Below, one piece after another: positions 53,850 to 64,000 of a stretch of 64,000 nt of DNA. The first letter of the stretch is position 1; each line of letters begins with the position of its first letter. Source of the stretch: Octopus vulgaris (lineage: Eukaryota); NCBI GenBank assembly GCA_951406725.2, contig OX597826.1, forward strand, positions 55,428,001 through 55,492,000, given 5' to 3'. Made by a program: the position numbers and the translations under genes. The notes under the pieces were generated by a model. It searched no databases, was not told the DNA's origin, and worked only from the letters and a program-made list of their open reading frames with translations.

Positions 53850-54210
53850 TGTTGTCTGTGTTTGTCAACCCCATAGCGCTTGACAATCGATGTTGGTGTT
53901 TTTATGTCCCCTTATCTTAGCTGTTCGGCAAAAGCGAGCGATAGAATAAGTAAGTACCAGGCTTACAAAGTAAGTCCTGGGAAAGGTTATTTTCTGTTAA
54001 AACCTATTAAGGTGTTGTTCCAGTATGGCCGCAGTCAAATGACTGAAGCAAACAAAAGAATATACATACGGCCTGCGCTTTCACACAGTTCCTTACAACC
54101 ATATTTAGTCATAAAACTTATTTAATCTACGTTGGGCTAATGCAGAAGACACTTGCCTAAGTTGTCCTATACTACAACTGAAACCGAAACTATATTGTTG
54201 CGAAGTCATA
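53850..54210. mobile_element. SINE family A fragments (3' half on +, 5' half on -)
   Basis: GCTTGACAATCGATG...CAGTCAAATGACTGAA and GCAGAAGACACTTGCCTAAG. Confidence 0.7.
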
Positions 54211-54726
54211 TGGAATAAAATTGTTTTCGTTGCCTTGTTTTTGTCTCCAACTATCTCAGTTGTAAGTTGCTCAGATTTTCTTCAGTCGATTTGTTTGTTG
54301 CAGGTGAAAGTAAACATTTCAAGCATCGTCAGCGGAAAACATTTTCTGTCCTTAAGCCATTTTGATTTTTATGCATATTCATTTCTTTCATCTTTCCTTC
54401 TATTTCCTTCCTCTTCTTTCTTACATTCTTTCGTTCTTCCTTTGTTTCCTGTTTTTCTTGTCTCATTAATTTCTCATTAATATATAGAAACACCTGTGTC
54501 AAGCGCCCTCCCTCTTCACACTTAAATGTTAAGAATCTCATCATTACCATTTCTATTGTCATAGAACATGCTAATATTTCAGAAATAGTATTGGATTTGG
54601 GCAAAATTCTTGATAAAATTTGCTTTTTTTCTCTGTTAAGTTTTGCGTTCAAATCAAGCAGAGTTCAATTTAGTCTCTCTTTCCTCTTTGACTAAAATAT
54701 AAGTTTGAAACAGCGAATTTGTAATA

Positions 54727-54816
54727 ACGTTAGAGCGTTATTTGATCCGAGCATTTACGTTAGAATGTTATTTGATCCGAGCATTTACGTTAGAGCGTTA
54801 TTTGATCCGAGCATTT
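54727..54816 (+). repeat. 3 x 30-bp tandem repeat
   Basis: ACGTTAGAGCGTTATTTGATCCGAGCATTT at 54727, 54757 and 54787. Confidence 0.93.
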
Positions 54817-55071
54817 GCGTTTGGAGTTCGAAATCCCGCTGGGGTAAGATTTAGTTTTCATCCATCTTAGGGCCGATAAAATACAGTACCAGCCATGAAC
54901 TGGTTATATTCGCAATTGTTAGTCTTGCGAAATTATAAGTCATTGATAGTCATTTTGTACAAATATCGATTAATGCCTTCTAACTTCTCTCTTATATTAG
55001 ATTGAACACAGGTGTGCAACCACATCAGAAATGAAACTGAATTTTACTATTATTACTTTTAGCCATTATGA

Positions 55072-55705
55072 TGGCAGCGAGCTCGTAGGGTCGTTAGCAC
55101 GCCGCACAAAATGCTTGGTGTCATTTCGCCCGTCTTTACATTCTAGGATCAAATTCCGCCATGGTCCACTTTGCCATTCATCCTTTTGGGGTTGATAAAT
55201 TAAATACCTGTGAAACACTGGAGTCGATGTAATCGACTAGTCCCCTTCCCCAAAATTTCAGCCCTTGTACCTTTAGGAGAAAGGCTTATTTTTAACCATT
55301 ATGATGGCGGTAAGCTGGTTGAGTCGTTAGCACACCGGGTAAAATGATTTGTGACATTTCGTCCGTCTTTACGTTGACATTGCCTTCATCCTTTCGGCGC
55401 TGATAAAATAAGTACCAGTTGAAAAATTGTGGTCGATGTAATCGGCTTAGCCTCATCCTCGAACTTACTGACCTTGTGCCAAATTTTGGAACCCTTATTG
55501 TTAGCAATTGGCGAGCTGGCAAAACCGTCATGAAATCGGACAAAATGTTCAGCGGCATTTTGTCTGTCTTTAAGTTTTGAGTTCAAATTCTGTCGAGGTT
55601 GAATTTGTCTTTAAACTTTTCGGAGCCGATAAAATAAGTGCTCGTTGATCACTGAGGTCGATGTGGTTTACTTCTAAACCTCTCATAATTACTGGCTTTG
55701 TGTCA
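55072..55705 (+). mobile_element. Three tandem old SINE family C copies
   Basis: Heads at about 55073, 55305 and 55510, each followed by a GATAAA.TAA.TACC-like core. Confidence 0.82.
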
Positions 55706-56313
55706 ACGTTCAAACTCTGAATATGCCGTCTGTTTTCAGACACAGAATATCTAGAATTCACATTCAACGCACCCATAACTATCCTCACTTCTAACACCCG
55801 AAGGAGTAATTCAAGCCTCCATTGTCTACTATTTCTAACAGGTTTCGTAACTACGTGGCAGGCTCCCTTTGTCATAATGTTCGTATTAGTTATTGATGTT
55901 TATGCTGTTATGGTAGACTTTTTCATCGTCGTTATGGTGGTCTCACCGATTTTCATTTTGTTATTGTTATTGGAAAGTGGGTGTTATTGGGTCGCCAATT
56001 TATTGATTCTGTCTCTTACTGTACATTAGACATTCGGCCAGACAAAGATTACACAAGAGTTTACCTACAACTGATATGAATAGCAAATAGATGGAACCAG
56101 CAATGACTGGGTTATCACATGTGAAAACCAGTTAGGAAGAGATTAGAGGGGAAAACTAAATAAAAGATAAAGATAAACAAATAGATAAATAAATAAATAA
56201 ATAAAATAGATTAATTTGTCTTATTTGGAGATAAAAACATTTGATGTATGTATCTGAATAGATTACGAAGTTTATACCTATATATATATACATATATGTG
56301 TGTGCATATATAC

Positions 56314-56371
<58 letters not shown>

Positions 56372-56602
56372 CAAACACACACACACATATATATATACAC
56401 ATATATATATACATATACATATATATATGTCTGTATACGTGTATGTATGTACACATATATATATAAACATGTATATATACACACATGCATCTGTGTATAT
56501 ATACACATACAGATATATATGCATATATACGTATATCTATATCTATCTGTCTGTCTATGTATGTATGCATGCATCTATCTATCTATCGATATAACAATAT
56601 AC

Positions 56603-56673
<71 letters not shown>

Positions 56674-56742
56674 TGTGTGTGCATATATAGAGAGAGAGAG
56701 AGTAAAAGAGAGAGAGGGGGAAGAAAGAGTGAAATAAAATAA

Positions 56743-56914
<172 letters not shown>

Positions 56915-58266
56915 AGCGCACATGTGAGTGTGTGTCTTGCATTGATTGTAATATATGGTAACTCAAAGGAAGAATAATAATGAAAAGGTTGTGTCGCTAT
57001 TCCTGAGTCTAAAGGAAAAACTTCAGGTAGCCTCACGCCTAAGGATCGAACTCAGAACCCGAGCATTTAGAATCCACTATAACACGGTGGGCTAAATAGT
57101 GTTCTTAACTTCGGACTGATTTTAATTCAAAATCTAAAAATCGTTACAAATATGTAAAGCATTTTAGCAATTCATTCTGAAGAATATATCAATGCATCAT
57201 CCTCTGTGCATGCGTTTTGCTGTGGTAATGATGCATATATACATACATGCATATGTACGTACGTACATATATACATACATGCATACACACATTCATACAT
57301 AAATACGTACATATATGCAAAATGTATTAAAAGTAATGCTATACCACTTCGTAATGGTCCCCGTTCTTATTATTGATGATATATATATATTTTTTGTTAG
57401 TTATTTTCTTAGGTATTTATTGTTAAAAAGACAAGGTTAACATGTCCTCCAATGAAAGATGTTCTCAATGTCTCCGTCTTTCAAATCAGTGGAGGTTTTA
57501 GTGATCGAGGCGTAGTTTGTACGTAGATGACACTTAGTCAAGAAACATTTGGGAGGAATGAATGACCGAGTTAGTAAAATAACAGAACTTTATTTTAAAT
57601 TCGCCAAACGGATGAGAGACAAATTTGTCATCAGTGGATTCGAACTCAGGACTTGAAGCACGACCAAGTACAATAAAGTGTTCTTGGCTGACGCTCTAAC
57701 GATGTTACTGATCTATCGTTCCTCAACAAGTATCTAAAACAGGCACAATACCTCATATTTGGAGGAAGAGAACAATCGATCACATTGATCTAGTACTTAA
57801 TTTCCACTTCATTCCATCGATATTCGGAAAACTGAAACGCAAAGGCGATTACTACCAGAATTGAACGCAGAAGCTCAAAGATCCGTAATTTGAAGGGGCA
57901 AACCCATTTGTATCCAACCGTCCAAGCAATGAGTCCATAATTATATCACGCGGCAATAAGGAAAAGTATGAAAGATAATATGGAACAGCGAAAAAAAAAA
58001 AGAAAACACGATGCTGTCACAAACCGTAAGAATTTTAAAAATATAACCTCAATTATAACAAGTGCAACATGTACAACGGCAGCTAGAGTAGAGGGAGTAG
58101 TCTGTCATATTTGGCAGTGCCAATGGAATAAAGCAATGGAAGGAAGTCTTTGACAAGCTTCATGTCGTTTCAAGTTTTTCCTTTCATTCTCAAGACAGTT
58201 TATTTGCTTTTCAAGGATTTCGTAATTGATAGTTTTCATTTTAATCAAGTTACTTAAATAATCCTT

Positions 58267-58345
<79 letters not shown>

Positions 58346-58362
58346 TATACATATATATATAT

Positions 58363-58550
58363 ATGTGTGTGTATGAGTGTGTTTGAGTGCATGCCTGTTA
58401 GCATATACATACACACACACGTACATATATATATACACACACACATATATATATGTGTGTGTATGAGTGTGTTTGAGTGCATGCCTGTTAGCATATACAT
58501 ACACACACGCGTACATATATATATATATACACACACACATATATATGTGT
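58363..58550 (+). repeat. Tandem duplication of about 90 bp
   Basis: GTATGAGTGTGTTTGAGTGCATGCCTGTTAGCATATACATAC occurs twice. Confidence 0.9.
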
Positions 58551-58800
58551 GTGTATACATACAATTACTAACAACAATGCGCTCAAACGCACTCACATAC
58601 ACACATACACTCACATACACACATATTCATTTACACGTGTGTGCGTATATGTGCGTAGGTAAATGGTAAATGAGTCAGCGCTGGCAGCTGATCTGTTTAC
58701 ACACGATCTGGTGAATCTAGGGATCTGAGTAATGATTATGTGAATCATTACATGCTTACCTACACATATACACGTCTAATGACGTATTGAATCTACACTC

Positions 58801-58887
<87 letters not shown>

Positions 58888-58898
58888 TATTGATGCTT

Positions 58899-59024
58899 AG
58901 GCGTTGCTGCGTGGTAAGAAGCTTGCTTCCCAACGACATGGTTCCAGGTTTAGTATCACTGCGTGGTACCTTGGGCAAGTGTCTTCTACTATAGCCTCGG
59001 ATCGCCCAACCCTTGTGAGTGGAC
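58899..59024 (+). mobile_element. SINE family A 5' fragment
   Basis: GTGGTAAGAAGCTTGCTTCCCAAC...ACCTTGGGCAAGTGTCTTCTACTATAGCCTCGG. Confidence 0.85.
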
Positions 59025-59047
59025 TTATGTACATGTATATACATATA

Positions 59048-60141
59048 CTCTGAAAAACTGGCAAGTCTCATAAGTGATGGTAGCTACAGCAAAGTAAAGA
59101 AAGACCCAACTCTGAAAACAGAGAGGAAGTTATCACAGATCTTGATCAAAAACAAGGCTCACTTTATATCAATGAAGCACAGACAACTAACTCAGCACTA
59201 TAGTAAACTACCACACATGTATGGTCTCCATAAGATTCACAAGGATGGTATTCCAGACCTATAGTGAGCTGTAGAAGTTTATCGTATCATCCACTAAGCT
59301 GCTTCCTTGTGGATATAATCAATCCATTAGCAGGAAGGTCAACATCGTACGTGAAGAATTCCATCCACTTCACAGAATTGATCAAGGATGCCCCTATTGG
59401 GTCCAACCAGATGGTGAATCTAGATGTGATGTCTGTTCACTAAAGTCCCAACTGATGAAGCACTATCAGTTTATTCAAGAAAAATTAATGATAGACACCC
59501 ATCTAAAAGAACGTACTAATATACCAATAAGAAACTTGATGGAAATGATGACCTTCTGTGAAGAAAATACCTACTTCAGAATGGAGACTGATATATATCG
59601 ACATATGAAGGTTTAGCTATGAGCTCGCCATTATCACCGATAATAGCCAATATATACATGGAATACTTTCAGAATTTGGCTTTAGGATCAACACCACTAA
59701 AACCAACTTTATTGCTGCGATATGTTGATGACACCTTTATACTCTGTCTCCACCAGGAATATGTCCCAGTATTGTTAGATCATGTGAACTCAATAAAGCC
59801 ATCCATACAGTTCACAATGGAAAAGGAAAAAGACAATCAGCTAGCATTCTTGGACGTATCAATATTACGCACCAATTATGGATTCAGGAATCCATATACA
59901 GAAAGCTGACCTTCACTGGACGATACCTCAACTTCAATTCCCACCATCCATACAGTGTAAAGAGAGAGATTGCTCAGTGCCTAAAACATCGAGCAAAGAA
60001 TATAAGTAGCGATCCTGATACACAGCACGAAGAAATGATCGATCTAAGTAACAATCTATTAAGCAAAAAATACCTCAAAAGCTTACTATCCACTCCAATT
60101 ATGAAGAAAAGAGAAGATGAAAACCCATAAACTGACCACAG
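59048..60141 (+). pseudogene. Penelope-like element reverse transcriptase remnant
   Basis: KDPTLKTERKL, PHMYGLHKIHKDGIP, YVKNSIHF, SSPLSPIIANIYME, RYVDDTF, IQFTMEKEKDNQLAFLDV, YRKLTFTGRYLNFNSHHPYSVK; several frameshifts; GIY-YIG domain absent. Confidence 0.93.
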
Positions 60142-60211
60142 GGTAGACAGACTGTGGTCACTTTATGGGTTTTCATCCTCTCTTTTCTTCATAATTGGAG
60201 TGGTAGTAAGC
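60081..60211. repeat. Fold-back inverted duplication at the end of the PLE fragment
   Basis: Arms 60081-60141 and 60152-60211, 10-bp spacer, about three differences. Confidence 0.92.
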
Positions 60212-61245
60212 ATATACATTTTCTATAAAATTTAGAGCCACCAATGCAAGTTGCAACATTTCGTAAACGAATACATCTATTTAGACAATGCGATCGAAGA
60301 TAGTAAGTATAGTTAATGGTTGTGTATGCATATTTCAATCGGTATTATTCTCTCGTCACCACCAGTGGTATTGAATGTGGGTTTGGATGTTGGGTTGTTT
60401 GTGACGCTGATGGCACAGCAATAAATCTTGAAATATGCATATTACCATTACCAGTTTTTTTTTTGTTTGATAACCTTGTTTACATAGACGTATTCGTTTA
60501 CAAAACGTCGTAACTTACACTGCAAGCTCTGCATTCTATGGAACGTCTATAGAGATAAACTTAGAAAAGAGAATATCGCACTGCTAACACAATTTAAGAC
60601 ACTGTGTTGACTTGTAGATGTGTAGTATACTTCGTAGTGTATTATTATAATTGCAAACGAAATACGGTGTTCTTGGTAGCAATTAATACGGACACAGCAA
60701 TGCTTCAATGTATATGTATATCTGATAGTATTTCATTTGTATCTCCGCGTATATGTGTTTAGTAATATAGGTCAAAACTTTAAACATGTAAGAAATAAAA
60801 TAACATAGAACTATACTACTACAGAACGACCGATCGTGGTAATAAATTTAAAAGTGTTCAATGATGAAATCTGTGTTTTGTAGCAGGGAAGTGAAACGGT
60901 GAGTTGGGGGCGGGGGTGCGATATGTATCTCTCTTGAAGTTGCTGTCTGTCAGTAGTGCCTGATGGGATAGAACTGCGGACGTTATTTGTGTTGTTGTTG
61001 TTGTTATATTTTTTAAGTGAGTATTTTATGTGAAAGTGAGTTGATGATAACTCAAGTTGTAGTGACATTTGTGATGGGAATTGGTCTTGAGATTTTAGTG
61101 AGACTATTCTTACACGTATCCCCTCCCTCTCTCTCTCCCTCTCTCTCTCACACGCACACACACACACTTTCTCAGACACACAAACAAACACACATACACA
61201 CACCTATATCATAGGTATCAGGTGCACGCTATGACATATATATAT

Positions 61246-61290
<45 letters not shown>

Positions 61291-61532
61291 CATACAAACA
61301 TATACATATATATGTATTACGGTACGTATATAGATATATGTGTACCTATATATGCATATATACATACGTATAATATATATGTAAGCACACATGTCCTGTT
61401 TCGTTGCATGTTTGTTAAGCCTACTTATGGATGTATAGACTATATGTGTGTATATTTTTGTGTGTGTGTGTGTGGGTGTTTGTGCATGTATAAAAATAAA
61501 TAAATATATATATATGTATGTATATTTATATG

Positions 61533-61564
<32 letters not shown>

Positions 61565-61989
61565 TAGGCATGTCCTGATATTATGTATCTATACACGCAA
61601 ACCCATGTTAGGTCTTGCCGATATATTGGTAACACGCATGGACACACGTACAAACACATATAACATGCATGAATATGTATACATACTTTCATACATAGCC
61701 ATATCTATCTGTATCTGTGTATACACACATGTATAGATACATAAGTGTGTATATCTGGTAGTGTCTGAGTGTATTTCTCCTTAAATTATTCAAGATTTAC
61801 TATTTTTTAAATCAATTTCATATCCGATATGCCGTATACGGAAATAAAAACCATAAATAACACATATGAACTACTCTAAATCTTGAAGTTTGAATATATC
61901 TAACTTTTTTATTTTAGTATTTATTTAGTTCTCTATCCGAACACACACACACACAGCTATATGCATATATATACATATATAATACGTAC

Positions 61990-62054
<65 letters not shown>

Positions 62055-62222
62055 GTAAAGTATAGAAGCCATCTTATCATGGCTAACCACATTGGGGAGG
62101 GGTGTTACTGTAGCTTTATAGCCCCAAGAGATCTTCGTCTCAAGCTGGCTTTAGACACAATATCTGTGTCCTTGGAGTATTTGCAAAGGGAGGCCATCCC
62201 TTCCTCGCAAGCCTGAGTGATA

Positions 62223-62265
62223 CGCTCGAACTAGTTTCGGGATTGTTGTCCCTCGTCAACGGGCG
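62223..62265 (-). ncRNA. Minimal type I hammerhead motif (U3 variant) within extended hairpin 62179-62308
   Basis: CGCCCG-UUGACGA-GGGA(CAACAA)UCCC-GAAA-CUAG-UU-CGAGCG. Confidence 0.75.
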
Positions 62266-62362
62266 GTAACCACCAGGTAGCGATGAAAGAGAAGGCTGCT
62301 TTGCAAATTGATATAAGTTTTTTCTAATAGAGCCTTCTCTTTCATCGCTACCTCGTGGTTAC

Positions 62363-62405
62363 CGCCCGTTGACGAGGGACAACAATCCCGAAACTAGTTC
62401 GAGCG
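62363..62405 (+). ncRNA. Minimal type I hammerhead motif (identical copy on the + arm)
   Basis: Same sequence as the minus-strand motif; predicted cleavage after 62399. Confidence 0.75.
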
Positions 62406-62587
62406 TATCACTCGAGAACACAGATATTGTGTCTAAAGCCAGCTTGAGACGAAGATCTCTTGGGGCTATAAAGCTACAGTAACACCCCCTCCCCAATGTG
62501 GTTAGCCATGATAAGATGGCTTCTATACTTTACATTATCGAGCGATTACTGTTTCAATCTCGTTCTGAGATTTAATTATGCCTATAC

Positions 62588-62657
<70 letters not shown>

Positions 62658-62658
<1 letters not shown>

Positions 62659-63072
62659 CACAGGAGTGTCTGTGTGGTATGTAGCTTGCTTACCAACCAC
62701 ATGGTTCCGGGTTCATTCCCACTACGTGGCACTTTGGGCAGGTGTCTTCTACTATAGCCTCGGGCCGACCAAAGACTTGTGAGTGGATTTGGTAGATGGA
62801 AGCTGAAAGAAGCCTGTCGTATATATGTATATATATATGTGTGTATGTGTGTGTATGTTTGTGTGTCTGTGTTTGTCCCCCCCCCACCATCATCGCTTGT
62901 TAACCGATGGTGGTGTGTTTACGTCCCCGTAACTTAGCGGTTCGGCAAAAGGACCCGATAGAATAAGTACTAGGCTTCCAAGGAATAGGTCCTGGGGTCG
63001 ATTTACTCGGCTAAAGGCGGTGCTCCAGCATGGCCGCAGTCAAATGACAAACAAATAAAAGAGTAAAAGAGT
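62658..63072 (+). mobile_element. SINE family A, full length
   Basis: Collinear with the other copies; AAAAGAGT tail. Confidence 0.92.
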
Positions 63073-64000
63073 ATATGATGTATATATATATATATATATT
63101 CATTATATATGATATATATAATATATTATGCATATATGCATACATATATGCATACATATACATAGATGCTCACACACGCGCATATATACGTATACACATA
63201 TCTGTCTCCCTCTTTCTTCTCATATGTCTGTACATATGTGTGTTTGTGCATGTGTGTGCGCGTGTGCCAGTGTGTACGTGTCTATATGTATATATGTATT
63301 TATTTCTATGGTGTATGCGTATTGTGCAGTGATGAGAATGGAGTAGTTCTCTCAACTGAGTTTCTGCTCGTTGTATGAACACATAAATGGCTGACAACTC
63401 CCCTGGCACGTATCCCCGTAACATTACCATTCAGGCAGATTGCATTTTATTTTATACATTGTGTGACAATTTTGTCAGGTTATTGATGGAACTTAATGTA
63501 GAGTTTTATTATAAGGCTGGAAGAAATATTGCCGGGTATTCCAGTCTTCAGAGTACGTGCAGTTCCTTCGCTCTATCGAACAAGATTCCAAGATTGGTAC
63601 TCACTATGAAATGAAAATGTGACCATGGCGGAATTTGTGCAGAAATCGGAAGCCTTCGGAGCCAAATGATTCTGCAAGAGTAGTACTAATTCACTGCGTG
63701 CGCGCACACATACATACATACACACATGCACACACACACTCAAACACACACACACTAATACGTATGTATGTATGTATGTATGTATGTATGTATGTATGTA
63801 TGTATGTATGTATATATGCATGTATGTATGTCATTATTCAGTTTTATTTCAAAATTTCTAGCCAACAGAGAAAGAGCTGGTTTCTAACCTAGATCCAAGG
63901 CTCCTTCATTGGAATTTCAACAATATTGACAAGGTATTTTTTGTATGTATGTATATTGTTTTATGTATGTTTTCTCATGCAAATAGTTACATATCTAGAC

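Larger units (their letters stand above)
62050..62580. mobile_element. Head-to-head fold-back element with two hammerhead motifs, inserted in (TA)n
   Basis: Arms 62050-62297 and 62331-62538 are near-identical apart from a deletion of about 41 bp in the right arm; 3' extension to 62580; homologous to the 52 kb element. Confidence 0.9.

Noticed and set aside
54727-54816. 30-bp repeats as a CRISPR array
   Set aside because: No spacers, eukaryotic context, no cas genes.

Overview
AT-rich, repeat-saturated eukaryotic DNA that is intergenic or deep intronic. The SINE families and microsatellite load look like Octopus/coleoid cephalopod, which is my recognition and not a database check. I cannot support any intact host protein-coding gene: the long ORFs in the track are microsatellite translations, and the recognisable protein motifs are decayed transposons. 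The window holds many copies of at least four tRNA-derived SINE families, five R4/Dong-like (restriction-like endonuclease) LINE fragments mostly tied to (TAA)n, a HERO-like fragment, RTE-like 3' ends, a Penelope-like (PLE) reverse transcriptase remnant, a mariner-derived MITE, a non-autonomous Helitron and complex satellites. The most interesting signal is a set of minimal type I hammerhead ribozyme (HHR) motifs with palindromic stem-III loops at 38.6, 52.3, 53.5 and 62.2-62.4 kb, with weaker ones at 18.8, 28.1, 44.2 and 51.3 kb. Several lie in short non-coding fold-back elements next to (TA)n. Two divergent copies of one family (52 kb and 62 kb) show compensatory base changes over a multi-hairpin RNA structure. 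This points to a non-autonomous PLE/retrozyme-like system. All folds were done by eye and element boundaries are approximate unless stated.
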